Positions 1 to 13,473 of a DNA stretch of 64,000 nucleotides are shown in pieces. The translations under genes were made by a program, and so were the position numbers. The stretch is taken from NCBI GenBank assembly GCA_053919585.1, contig CM132786.1, one strand, 5' to 3'. The DNA is from Euprymna scolopes. Its lineage: Eukaryota. The first letter of the stretch is position 1. The number at the start of each line of letters is the position of its first letter. The notes beneath the pieces were generated by a model. It had not been told where the DNA came from, searched no databases, and saw nothing but the letters and a program-made list of their open reading frames with translations.

Positions 1-412
1 TGTCTAAAATATGTCATTCAGTGGATTGGAAAGATAACCAAATTTCACTTTGACCCTGAAAATATCATAAAAATAGAATCAATAGAAAAATTTTGATAGA
101 TTTTTAAAGTTAAAAAAATTTGAAATATTGAGTTCGGAAAATTTATTACTGTATAAAAAAACACACATATTTCTATTACTTTTTAAACAACTGTAATAGT
201 TTATTTTGGAAGTATAATCCATAAATAAAATAAATACCCCACTTTTAACAGAGACAGTACAGTATTTTTATATTTTATTCGCAGTTTCGTGTTAAGGGTG
301 TAAAAAATTCCTACAAAAATTCTGATACACCTAGCTGGTGATGATTGAGGCGGTGACAGGGACGTCGATCAGCTGCTTGGAGTGAGTATAGTGCTTGGGA
401 GTAAGACTGTGA

Positions 413-730
413 ATTTCAAAAAACCGTGTTGACATCGATTTTGTGAAAGTTCTAATGACCCCAAGTAGTTTAATATTTCAGGACGTTTTGGATTACACGT
501 GTAAGTAATGAATAGGTCAGAGAAAACTGGCATTGCATCTTGATAAAGTTGTTGTAGATTCCTAGGACTTCCTGTTAATGTAGATGGTAGAATAACTGGT
601 ACACAAGAATAACCATCTCCATCCCTTGCTAAATGATCAATTAAGCCAGAATATTGAGCAGCTCTTGGTTGACTTTGATAGCTTTTAATGAAGTTAAATC
701 AGCAACCGTCAACTTTTACATATGCAATAG
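413..730 (-). mobile_element. Helitron Rep (Helitron_like_N) domain fragment, decayed
   Basis: Minus-strand translation AYVKVDGC*FNFIKSYQSQPRAAQYSGLIDHL...PVILPSTLTGSPRNLQQLYQDAMPVFSDLFITYTCNPKRPEI matches the Helitron Rep signature LPSxFxGSPRxMxQxYQDAM...PDLFITFTCNPKWPEI; stop codon and internal deletion present. Confidence 0.9.
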
Positions 731-1149
731 ACTTTTCTATTTATTTTCTATTTTTATTTTCTATTTTTTAAGTCAAATTATTGATATAGATTTCAATTAA
801 ATAAAATATACTGTAAATCTTTTAATGAGGAATACATATTTATTTAAACCATAATTATTGAAGCAAAGTATCTTACTGCATAAAAAAAAATGGTTATGGG
901 GAGAAGGGTCAACTATTTATAACCTTCGCTTAATAACGATTTAATGAAAAAAAATGTAATGATGTTGTAACTTTTTTTAATAATTTGTTTTAAAACAAGG
1001 AAAACTATTTGATACCGCTATTGTAACCATCACGCTGCAAGCTATTCTTTATATGGGGAGGGGGTTAACTATTCTGAAACTTCACCTAACAATGTAATAA
1101 AAATAATGGAAACCTTCTTTAGTTACATAAAATATACTGAAACTCTTTA

Positions 1150-1305
1150 AATAGGAATTGTTTTACCATTATTATTATTGTAAATACTATTATATTTTCT
1201 TATTATTATTATTACTATTTTTATTATTGTTTTGATGTAGAATTGGAAGGATTTATTCTATTATGCAGATGTAATACTTATTGTAATTATTATAATTTTT
1301 TTATA

Positions 1306-1340
<35 letters not shown>

Positions 1341-1583
1341 CATTATATTTTCATTACTAATTATTTTCATCATTTTCATTTATATTATGATCATCATTTT
1401 GTACATTAATTTTATATCATATAATAATATATAACTAAAACAATTATTATTAATATTGTTATTATTAATGATACTATAAATATTATTATGATTAGTAGTA
1501 GTAATATAATAATTGTCAGTATTATTTTTAGTATTTAGGCTACTTATGTTATAAGTATAATGATTATAATTATATTACATGTA

Positions 1584-1627
<44 letters not shown>

Positions 1628-1640
1628 TTATATATGTTAA
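1150..1640. repeat. (ATT)n-derived low-complexity tract
   Basis: Pure ATT runs near 1305-1345 and 1587-1625 within degenerate ATT sequence; source of the poly-Ile ORF 1243..1434. Confidence 0.95.
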
Positions 1641-4248
1641 TACACTTTGTTAATATATTAAATATTTCACAGATTTATTTGACTCTAAGATTTCGATTTA
1701 ATATTGTAATCATTACGTATATACGTTGAATTTTACTTATTATATTAGAATTATGAATTCTAACATCACATGTTATGATCAAGCAAACATCAATAGGGTT
1801 TTTATTTTTCCTTTTTCTCTTTCTTTTTTCTTCCCTTTCTTTCTTTTTTTACATTACTAGGCTTTTTTTAACATTGCTGTTTTTTTTCTTTTCCCTTTAA
1901 TTTTAAGTTTATTTGCGGATGTCCTTTGATTTTTATTTACAAAATGATTGAATACTTGAACTGAATTTGTAAACTGATATATTACAAGACAATTCAACGG
2001 ATTGATACAATCAGAGATTTCCCGGATATTCCATCAANNNNNNNNNNNNNNNNNNNNNNNNNNNNNNNNNNNNNNNNNNNNNNNNNNNNNNNNNNNNNNN
2101 NNNNNNNNNNNNNNNNNNNNNNNNNNNNNNNNNNNNNNNNNNNNNNNNNNNNNNNNNNNNNNNNNNNNNNNNNNNNNNNNNNNNNNNNNNNNNNNNNNNN
2201 TATTGGATTTATTACAATACACGTGGGATCTTTTTACCTGCCGAATAGCAAGAGCTTTCATTTACGGATTTAGCATACCTTCTCGATTGAAGTTCAATAT
2301 CTTTTTTTGGATGCATCAATATAAAATTTCCCTAATTCTATTTCATAGCGGGTTATATTTTAGAAAAGCTGACGCATGTATTAGTTGTCCGTGTTAGAGT
2401 GTTCATGTTGGTGTGCAGATATATCGCGTATATATAAAGAGACATACTGTTCTGTATATATAAGAAAGGGTACATGTTAATACAGAAGAGCCGACTTCCT
2501 GTAATACACAATGAGAGAAGATTTATGATATATGGATAGATAGACCAAGAGATAGTGGGTTTGATATTTATGCTGTTGACAGTTCTGTGAATGGGATTGT
2601 TCATATAACGTTGACACATATATTTCTTTAACTATTGTTTAGAAGATGATTTCATAAAGTTCTTATAATATAAATTCACAATACCTTTCTGTCGTTGAAT
2701 AATATAACACGAAGACGCAGATAAAAAAGATGGTGATGTATCGTTTATTCCATGCGACCGGTCAATGGCTTTGCATCAAGGAATTTAAGTCTCTACATGC
2801 ATCATTCTTCTCCCTTTCGCTTCCAAGGCTACATGTCTTCTCTGTCTCTGACTCACTGACTTCTCGCTTCTCCCCTTACTAACTTCTGGCTCTTACCAGT
2901 TTCCAAGCTCCAACTATAATCAAAACTCATGATCTCATTGCATGAACAACACGTCTATATCAGTTACGCGGCCTGACACGCCCCATGTTTCCACAAAACC
3001 TACTCTGTACCCTAATATTTGATTAAACCATTTTACAAACATTTTCCATTGTCCGTTTTTAAATTCCTTCTTAAAATTTAATATCTTTAACAGAAAATAA
3101 AATACATTATTACATTCATTTTTCAATAAACAGATATCTTACTATGTCATATGAATGGTAAGTTTTAATTCCATTTTTAATAACATTCTGCATTATTTAT
3201 TTTAACTTATGATCGGAATTCTCAATTCTTAATCTAGCTAAGCTAGTTCGAATCCTCGGCTATCCTATTAGATATTTACTCACTTACAAGAACAGGCGAC
3301 GTTTTCTTGTAACAGGTCTTTGTAACTAAAATATTTAACAATATTTATTTGATTTTCTATGGTCATTACCTTCAGCAAAGTACGTGCAAACCTTTCACAA
3401 TATTTGCTAACATTATTCCTCCGAGGAGATGTATAAACATTGATAAATCATTGCTTAAGGAAATATATTTTACTATACTGTATTTTGTGTATTGCATCCA
3501 ATACAAATTTCTAACTTCAAAATTCAACTTTTTCACCTCACAAATTTTAAATCCTTTAAGTAGGATTTATTTTCTACTATGTAGCATATTGAGCAATTTT
3601 ATTTTGCTGGGGTAATCTTATATAAAATATTACATCCAATACTAATTTGTAAGACAAATAATCACTGGGTTTGCAGACCAGTCGATNNNNNNNNNNNNNN
3701 NNNNNNNNNNNNNNNNNNNNNNNNNNNNNNNNNNNNNNNNNNNNNNNNNNNNNNNNNNNNNNNNNNNNNNNNNNNNNNNNNNNNNNNNNNNNNNNNNNNN
3801 NNNNNNNNNNNNNNNNNNNNNNAGAGAGAGAGAGAAATAGAAAACGGAAGGGAAAGGGATTTATCTTATTTTGTTGCTATATCAATATAGGAAATGATCA
3901 CGAAGATACCAATTGAGGTTTAAAGCAATAGAAAACTTATTTCGGAAAAGAATTTAGTAATCTTCATCACCGTATAATAAAATAAAACTTGAATAAAAAT
4001 ATTTACGAAAAATAAGAATCATTATAATAAAAAATATAAAGTTCTGAAGCACGTTAACTAACACCGCAAAAATGTGCATCTAATAAAGAGAAATTTCATA
4101 AATAAAGTCATAATTAAATCACTTTAAAAACTATTCTTTTTCCTGTTTTTAAAATGGAGGAGATTTTTTTTAACTGAGATAATTTTGTTTTGTTCAATAA
4201 TATTACTATTATGACATTCGCTTAATCGATTAGTAGCGTTTAAAGGCA

Positions 4249-4252
4249 TATA

Positions 4253-4293
<41 letters not shown>

Positions 4294-4313
4294 TCATATA
4301 TACATATATATAT
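4249..4313. repeat. (TA)n microsatellite
   Basis: Direct reading. Confidence 0.95.
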
Positions 4314-7300
4314 AATTTAGACAGTTAAATATTATGATTTGGCAAGTTTAATTTAAAAACATACTTATTTATTGTCTGCAAATAAAGAACACAACTTAAT
4401 AAATGCATTCCTTCACCCATGAGTGTTTTATGGTTATACATCTCTTCAGAGGAAACCCTTAGGAAATGTTATAACTGGGTTGCGCCTTATTTGGTACAGG
4501 CAATAAACATAGAAAATTATGAGTTTTAAATGTTTTTAAATCATTTTACCTACATGGACTATGCGAAATTAGATATAAAGCCAGACAAATGTATATTGAA
4601 CCTCCAATACAAATTGCATTCTAAATGGAAGTTCTTTGTTGTTGGGGGTACGTAATTCTTCCAAAGCGCCATGTAACAATCCCATGTAAACATATTACGC
4701 GTGTTTCTCCTTTGGTTGCATAAGCCATCTAGCAAATGTTTGATTATATCAATCTATAAAGATTTGGTTCATGTAAGTTTCAAACTTCAATTCAAGTGGT
4801 TAATCTAATTTGTGATTTTAAAACAGAAAATATCCAGGAGTATATAAATAAGAATAAAAGAATCCCTTTTTATTTTTATTTTGATTTTTACAGGAGAAGG
4901 ATTAAATAATCAGCGAGGAAACATAATGTTACAACATGTGAGGCTTACATGCATTTGCAATTATCATAAACCTAGCAGGACTAGTGTCCAACGTTGGGCG
5001 GCTGATGAATAATTTCCACACCACCGGTAAAAAAAAATAAAAATTAACTTACAGTCGTTAGAGGGAGACACTACCTGCGCAGAATAATAGTGCCCATTTG
5101 CACTCGTAATTAACAAAAAAATGTAAGTGGGNNNNNNNNNNNNNNNNNNNNNNNNNNNNNNNNNNNNNNNNNNNNNNNNNNNNNNNNNNNNNNNNNNNNN
5201 NNNNNNNNNNNNNNNNNNNNNNNNNNNNNNNNNNNNNNNNNNNNNNNNNNNNNNNNNNNNNNNTCTAGTTTTGACTTATTTATTGCGATATATATGACGA
5301 AATTTCATGTAAAGAGATATAGAACGAAAATACTATTTTAGATATAAAATATGATCGCTTTATTTTGGTTATGATCTTACCCTGTAAGAAAAAAATGTCA
5401 AGGTACACCCATTCAGTGGAAACATGACGAAAGCGTTCTTTCTTGTTGTATGTTTTAGGGAAATCTTAATGTAAAAGTCGCAAATAATTGGGAAGTAAAC
5501 TCTTCAATATATAAATACATAAAAAAGCCTCACTTGTTAATATAAACAACTTACACCCAGTTTGGCTAATGTTTAAACAATCAGTTTTGATAATGTTTTC
5601 ACGAAAACGTCCTCGTCGTCCACGAACATGTTTATGTTGATTTTATGATGTTTATAAAACAATCTTTGTATAAAAGTTGCAAATATTGAGAACTGACCTC
5701 TTCACTATCTAAATTCACATGTTTTACGTTAGTGTTTAAACATCACCAATATACACCTAGTGGGTTTGATGCAAAAATATACACTCAGTTTTATTGATGT
5801 TTTGACGACGGCGTCTCAGTCGTTTTCGTCCTCAACTTCATCGGCGTTTTCACATTTATAAGAATAAATAGTAAAAAAGTAGCAATTATTTCGGAGTTGA
5901 ACTCTTTAATATGCAAATACAGACCTAAAGTGTAAGCAGTGCGTTCAATGGGAAAAAGTCAGTGTTTTTAGTTTTGTTGATGAAAGTTTTCGTCATAAAA
6001 GACGGAAAGCGCTTGTGTTGTTTTCAATGTGTATAAGGAAAAAAAAATGAAAAATAATCGTAAATCTCAGGGGAGATATTTTTTCAATATGGAAATCCAT
6101 TTGAAGTGCGGCATTTTTAAACATCAAGTGACTATAATTGTAAACAAAAATTCATTTTTTTTGGTTTCGAAGACGACGAAGACTTCGACGATTTTTTGTT
6201 TTTTTATAGGAAAAATCTCAAATAAAAGTAGCACATATTTTAGAGCACAATATCCTCATATATAAATACTTATTAAATACTTATTTTTAAAAATTACCAA
6301 TTTACACGCTGTGAGTTAATGGTCGCCGTTCTAGTATACGCTGATCGAATCGTTGGTAGATAGGTTGTTATATAATTCGAAATAGAAATATAGTAAATGG
6401 ACTAATCAACGCTAGTTTGATTATTTTCTTTCCTATCATACATGTCTGAAATAACCTATGGAGTACATTAACTGGAATTTCGGTCTAGAAATATGTCGCC
6501 TAGTGACGCCATATTTTAACGTATAGAAACGTTTGTTTATAAGTTTAATAGCTGGATCCAAAAATATGTTTATTATGAGGGCTTAGCCAATCAGAATATA
6601 CACAATACTTAGATTGCTTAGGGTACGATTTTTTTCTATATAGTCGCTAAGCAATCTCATGCAATTACTTTTGACGAATCCACGTAGCAATATTGTAAAA
6701 ATGCTTTAGAAGTATAATTCAATTATTTCTTACTGAATTTTCATATGCATTCCGGCTAATTTAAATCCTACAGGACAGATAATTTTGATTGTTTTCTTTT
6801 ATGTTTGGATAAGGTATAAGATTGTTTAACACTGCTGTAATTTTTTTCGCAATCATACGTACGTTTCGGGTTTCGATGAAAGAATCGCATTTACTTTTAT
6901 AGGAATGACTTATTCTCTGTATGTCAGTGTGTATTGGTGTGTTTATTATAGCCTGTGAAGTGATGTTCGTTAAAATTTACAGTATAGGCTATAGCGTACG
7001 TTAATGAGAATTTTTATCGCAATATATTTATTGAAAACCGATGATTTACAATTCAATTAATGAAGAAAAGATTGGATTTACACTGATTTATACTAAACGT
7101 AAATCTGTATGTATTCTAACATTAAAAGTACATGTAAAAACATTATCACTGCACACGCATATGGGCTCGGCGTGTAAAATCAAAATAGGTTATTTGGTAA
7201 TGCAGATTGTATTAAGTAAACTATACTATTACACTTTCTTTAATTTTGACCAATGACTTAATATGAGAGTAATTTTATTTTTAATAAACTGTAAGTACTT

Positions 7301-8229
7301 AACGGCTCAATGTAGATTACAAGATGTTGGGGCAAATAGATGCTAAGTAGGATGGGTAGCGTTTTCAAATAGCGCCTCAGTTGGTCCCTTACACGAGAAG
7401 AGGATAGGTCAATTTGTTTGCAAAATGGGGCATATCACGTAACTTATTGACAAAAAATTTTAATAATAAAAAAAACATGGAACATTCGTTGATTTTAATA
7501 AGGTAACAGACAACGTGAGGTTTCTGTTCTAGTTAGAAAAACATTGAATATATATATATATATATATCTTATAGACTTATACGTTTCTTACCTGTATCTG
7601 CTGTTAAAATATAACATGAAAATATATGAACTGAACACCAAAAACTTGTTTTCGAATTAGTGATGCAAATGAGTATATCCCGAGGCTAAACCGTTATAGG
7701 ATTTGTAGACATAGCAGGTGCAATGGACCAATTCGTGCAGCTATGAAAAATTTATAATATCTGCTAATATTTAGAGTAGTTTGTCGACGTATTCAGTTCT
7801 CTAACAAAATGTATTGCTGCATTTGCTATATGCTGATACTATTAAACAATCATAAAACATATATACATATCTTCAAATACAATATCTAGTTCTGTATTTT
7901 ATCTTAAACCTAAAAACATATTTATCTAATCATGAGTGTTTATATTATATTAGCCATCCCCACAGCGTTGTACTGTTGTAACAAACGCATAAATATTATA
8001 TTTTATTCATGCAGCTTTTGTATTCATTCTTAAACCTAATTCTATATGGATTATTATCGAATACGTCGTAGTGATTTCAAAAGTTATAAAAATATTAACC
8101 TTAAGTACCAACTGGCTGAATCGAAACCGCTTTAGCCTTAGTCGTTATTAATTCCTCCGCCGTCGTAACCGTTGATGCTTGCGAGAGAAGGAAACCATAT
8201 ATTACTTTTGGTTGTATTCTATTTTGCTC

Positions 8230-9900
8230 CTAACAAGGCACAGATCAACTTCGGTGTAGGGGTCTACTCTCGGGGCAATAGGTTTCAGTGATCTCATGTA
8301 AGCAACAAGATGTATGTTCAAATTACACTAGCATTCTACATGTCAGCAAATTTAGGGGGAGCAGGAAGGGAATTCCAATGTCATGTAGTTCCGGGGAAAG
8401 AAATTAATAGAGTAAAAATCCTCCTTTACATATCTAATGTGTAGGAGTAGGACATTGTTTTTTGTCGGGTTTGTCGGGGAGTATTTTTTTCAAAGAAGGA
8501 TAAGGAAATATTGTTCGTCGGATTCTTCATCATTAAAATACTTGTAGAAAATTTCCTCGATAGGACAGAGGTTTTAGCTTAGATGACATTCAGGACATAT
8601 CAAGCTTGCGACTCGCTTAACAACTAGATTAAGAGTGAGAGACAAGTACCAGATTATCAAACACAAACGTAAATACAATATGCCATACAAGGAAGAACGA
8701 TGGTCATGTAGAGGTACAGCGTATTTAAAGCGTAAGTTACTTTCTAGCCACGGTAGAGAGCACTGCAGGCTTGACATAGCTCTCAATGAATGGGTTCCAA
8801 CTCATGTTATCTGTGTAGGTTTAGCCGAGGAGTTTCAAAGAAGTACTTTAAGGCGGTATATCTTTAGCACTGGTTATTTATAGTTAAAAGGATGTATTGT
8901 TATCATTAAAGTAAACGCGCCTAGTCTTGGTAGCAGTGAACGTTGCCATCGATTTTTAACCTCATTCCACTACAGATTGGAAGTCTTTCTCTTGGGTTCA
9001 GACATTGATTTGGATATGTGTTTATCGGCTTTCCCCTCGCGCCTGTTATAGAGCGTGGTTTCATCAGCAAAATTTTACATCTCACAGATTATTTTATCCG
9101 GGAGGTACATTATAAATATCAGTCATAATAAAGGTAGAAAGATTGACGCCGAAGGTACACCCCGTATTTATATCTTATGTTTAGAGGTACGACCATCGAG
9201 GACAACATTGATAGGAGTTAATTATGTCAACTAGTTATTCCAGTACTACCATAGACTCTGATATTCCTAAGAAGTTAATCGTCCGATACTCTTTTAAAAC
9301 CTTTAGATATATTTATATTACTGCACCCTCATCTTCCTTATGCAGTGTATTGTATATCTGTTCCAATATAACAGTTAGGGTATATAAAGTAGAACGGGAT
9401 TTACTTAATCCATATTGATGATCTCACAGGAATTTAGAAAGTTTAAGATTTTGGACTAGAGTTTGATATATTACTGACACAGATATTTAGAATTATTATG
9501 CAATTAAGAGGATAATTTAATGAATGAGTTTTTTTTTCGCAAGAATTCTTGTAAACTGGTACCACACAGGCAGTTTGCAGCAGTCAGAATAGCATGATTG
9601 ATTTAGGAATGTGTTGAAGAGTTCGGATAAAACTCGGATACCCTAAGAAGACAATTTGTTATTCTTCAAATAATACTTATAGGATGAGACGAGATCCTTA
9701 TGCTTATGTTGTGTTTCACCGGAGTGGTTGATTTTTGGCCCGATATTTTCGCAAGTCATTCTTCTTTTCGATAAACTAACCTTAACTTAAACTTTCGCCA
9801 CTTTAGGTTTTGCGATAGACGCAACGGAAAAGACACCACGTTTATTTTTCTACGTACTTTTCCTCCTCCGCGGTACGGAATCAAGCCTGACTGGCTTCTA
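8230..9900 (-). mobile_element. Old, heavily decayed CR1-Zenon-like LINE (RT and 3' region)
   Basis: Minus-strand remnants in colinear order: TACVVPVYKNS (~9545-9575), GVPSASIFLPLL*LIF (~9120-9165), ADETTLY (~9045-9070), LKLLG*TYTDNMSWNPF, LYLYMTIVLPCMAY, FFPGTT*HWNSLP (~8365-8405). Same order as the younger copies. Ends approximate. Confidence 0.8.
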
Positions 9901-10297
9901 CTATTTTTATAGGCTAGTATACTATAGTATATTTAAGCACGATTAACGATTGAGCAATGCCTTGCAGCCTGCAGGTACAGAACAGACACAAACACATTTA
10001 ATTAGCAAGCGCCTACGCATTCGGCCAGCGTTAACTACGAGAAATCCTGGTTAATGTAAACGTCTGTCAGAGTGATCTAACCTTTATATGATGATCTGCA
10101 CATTGGCTGACTTTTTTATTTTAAGTGAAAGTTCTCAACGATTAGAAAGCAGTAGGCAGCATTATTTGCTATAATAATTATTAAATACCTACAAACAATT
10201 GTGTTTCATTCTTTCGAGAATCTTTAGCGCAGGGTCTCAAGATTATGAAAGTCCAGGGATTGGGACTCGGCGACAAAAACACAACAATATACTGTGC

Positions 10298-10300
<3 letters not shown>

Positions 10301-10368
<68 letters not shown>
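10301..10368. repeat. (TA)n microsatellite
   Basis: Direct reading. Confidence 0.98.
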
Positions 10369-10371
<3 letters not shown>

Positions 10372-10484
10372 TGGTTAATATTTTCGGGAACTATTCAACG
10401 TTAATGCCGACACAGATGTCCAGACACATCAACAGAGCTATCACTGACTCGCCAACCGCCGAAGAATACTATGGAAATAAATGA

Positions 10485-10488
<4 letters not shown>

Positions 10489-10559
<71 letters not shown>
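10489..10559. repeat. (TA)n microsatellite
   Basis: Direct reading. Confidence 0.98.
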
Positions 10560-10563
<4 letters not shown>

Positions 10564-10722
10564 TTAATTTTTAATTTATATATGTGAGGCCGTGTATGTA
10601 TGTGTGTGTAATTGTCCAATTTTATTTTCCTTTCCGTACGGGATACACATTCCATTAATGAAAAGTGATGTATTATATTTCTAAGAACATTATTTGTAAA
10701 GGAACACATTTTAATAAGCGAC

Positions 10723-10723
10723 A

Positions 10724-10756
<33 letters not shown>

Positions 10757-10827
10757 TACATATATATATGTGTGTGTGTGTGTATATATATGTATATATA
10801 GTCAAATATTTTCCTTCAAGCATATAC

Positions 10828-10872
<45 letters not shown>
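10723..10872. repeat. Compound (TA)n/(TG)n microsatellite
   Basis: Direct reading; explains the YI/CV/HT-repeat ORFs. Confidence 0.95.
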
Positions 10873-10874
<2 letters not shown>

Positions 10875-11359
10875 ATAACGTCGTGTATTTGTTTGTAATC
10901 TTGTGTGAATGTTGTGGTTCAAATATCAATAAAAAAAAAACCTTCAAAGTTTTGTACAATTGTACAAACACATTTAATTCGTTGACAAGACTGTTGTTTT
11001 CAATTTTTCATTTCCTATCTAATTTCCTGTAAATTCTTAGAATCCAATAGGTTTTTAACCAACAGGAAATACAAAAATAAACTTAAAAATAACCTTACAT
11101 TGTGAATATCTACAGCACATTAGAACAGAAATATACAATGACGAAGATACATATCTAGTTATTTCCCAATGTGTATTTTTTTGGTTTTCTGTAATTTTAT
11201 CAATCTTTACAGTCAAATAAACATTAAAGTATATTTTTGGCATTCATCTTTGACGGTCAAATAAGTAAAGCTCTTCCTTACTATATATTTAGGCGTGTGT
11301 ACTTTCACAACCTCTCAGCAAAGTTAATTCCGAATAGCAAACTGTTTGTAAAAATGAGG

Positions 11360-11402
<43 letters not shown>
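11360..11402. repeat. (TATC)n microsatellite
   Basis: About 10 TATC units. Confidence 0.95.
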
Positions 11403-13395
11403 GCCTCCTCTCTCTCCCCTCCTTTTTATTCCTCTNNNNNNNNNNNNNNNNNNNNNNNNNNNNNNNNNNNNNNNNNNNNNNNNNNNNNNNNNNNNNNNNN
11501 NNNNNNNNNNNNNNNNNNNNNNNNNNNNNNNNNNNNNNNNNNNNNNNNNNNNNNNNNNNNNNNNNNNNNNNNNNNNNNNNNNNNNNNNNNNNNNNNNNNN
11601 NNNNNNNNNNNNNNNNNNNNNNNNNNNNNNNNNNNNNNNNNNNNNNNNNNNNNNNNNNNNNNNNNNNNNNNNNNNNAACTCATTTTGCTTTTTTTATAAA
11701 AANNNNNNNNNNNNNNNNNNNNNNNNNNNNNNNNNNNNNNNNNNNNNNNNNNNNNNNNNNNNNNNNNNNNNNNNNNNNNNNNNNNNNNNNNNNNNNNNNN
11801 NNNNNNNNNNNNNNNNNNNNNNNNNNNNNNNNNTTGACCGACGGAGCAAAAATTCACAAACTTGATATCATATTAAAGCCCAACCTTCCTTACGACAAAT
11901 ATCGAAAAAATTAGCTCAAAATAACCATCAGAAGCTCGTCAACTGATCGATTTTCTGCAGGGGTGCAAAAAAGTAACAGTTTAATGCTAAACATTACATA
12001 TTTTTAAATCAATTTATAACCACCCCCCAAAATACGGGTCCCAACTCTTCTACATAAAGTATACACGGGTCCGTTTATTTTGGGCCAACTTGGAATTTAA
12101 ACCTGCTGAGTCATGTCACGTTATCTTGACATCAGCAAGCTCTGATGGCAGTCTGAATTATCGGTAAAAAAAATTACACTCACACAAGCTAAACTATTAA
12201 CTTCTACGCTATGACCACGTTACCAAATTTCTTAGCACCTGAAAAATTCTAAGATACGATAGTTAAACGAAAAAAATAAGCCAAAAATGTGAAGTAAAAA
12301 AAAAAACGCTTACAACATATATTGACGATCGAAGTTTTTACAAAAAAAAAACAGCCAGACGTCACATTCTTTTTTTTATTAACAGTTTTTAGAGTAAGAA
12401 AGACCAAGTGAAAGAGAGAGAGAGATTCACATACACAAATGCAAACAGAGAGAGAGAGATACATATAGACAGACAGACATATAGAGACAGATAGAGAGAT
12501 ATGTCTAGACGGGAAACGAAATACGTAATTTAATAAACACTAATATGAAGTAAAACAAAAAATAATAAAATACCGCTACGTCATAACGTAACGCTCCCGC
12601 GATGCCCTCATTTAGTGGCTATCTGCCAATCAAACCTCTTTCACTCGCTTAATAAGCCTTATTTTAATACTATAATTACTTCCTCTTACTCTTGGCCTAC
12701 ACGCTTAAGTGCTTGGAGTTTGTTTCAAATCCGCATCAAAGCTCCCGGGTTCAATCCAGCCTCACAACCAAAACTATTTTTTCTTTAACATCTTTAGACA
12801 CGCGGGCAACGTTTCATTATTTTTTTTTACTTCGCTTATTCTTTAGTTTACTTCCTCCCTTATACACACAGCGGTTTTTTTCGCTGTTTTTTTTTTTTGT
12901 TGCTTTTGGTTTTTCCAATTTTGTTTAACATCGTTTCAGGGTTATTACTTATCCCCCCCATACTCACACCTACAAACACCCGGGCAACGNNNNNNNNNNN
13001 NNNNNNNNNNNNNNNNNNNNNNNNNNNNNNNNNNNNNNNNNNNNNNNNNNNNNNNNNNNNNNNNNNNNNNNNNNNNNNNNNNNNNNNNNNNNNNNNNNNN
13101 NNNNNNNNNNNNNNNNNNNNNNNNNNNNNNNNNNNNNNNNNNNNNTTTGCAATTAAATTCAACAAAATTACTATTTAATGTTCGCTGCCTGTACCTAATC
13201 GAACAAACGAACACACACACAAACACATACACACACACCCACAGACACACACGCACACACAGACATATATATATATATATATATATATGCGGTGTTATGT
13301 ATGTTTAATGTTTACATGTACTTTATTGTACATGTCCTTCGCCATTAAACATGGCGTATTATATTATTTGTATATACAACACACACATGCACCCC

Positions 13396-13397
<2 letters not shown>

Positions 13398-13472
<75 letters not shown>
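13398..13472. repeat. Compound (TA)n(GA)n microsatellite
   Basis: Direct reading. Confidence 0.95.

Positions 13473-13473
<1 letters not shown>

Noticed and set aside
1243-1434. Poly-Ile ORF, and the YI/CV/HT-repeat ORFs elsewhere (10245-11032, 15638-15925, 26634, 56389, 58785)
   Set aside because: They are translations of microsatellites, not genes.
2201-2760. Possible Penelope-like RT remnant on the minus strand (NPIHRTVNSI...INLLSLCIT...YIQ)
   Set aside because: Motif spacing is suggestive but no catalytic motif is recognisable; it needs a profile search.
12692-12765. tRNA/SINE-like A and B boxes (TGGCCTACACG...GGTTCAATCC); similar isolated B boxes near 3246 and 57040
   Set aside because: No cloverleaf or repeated body is visible; too short to call.
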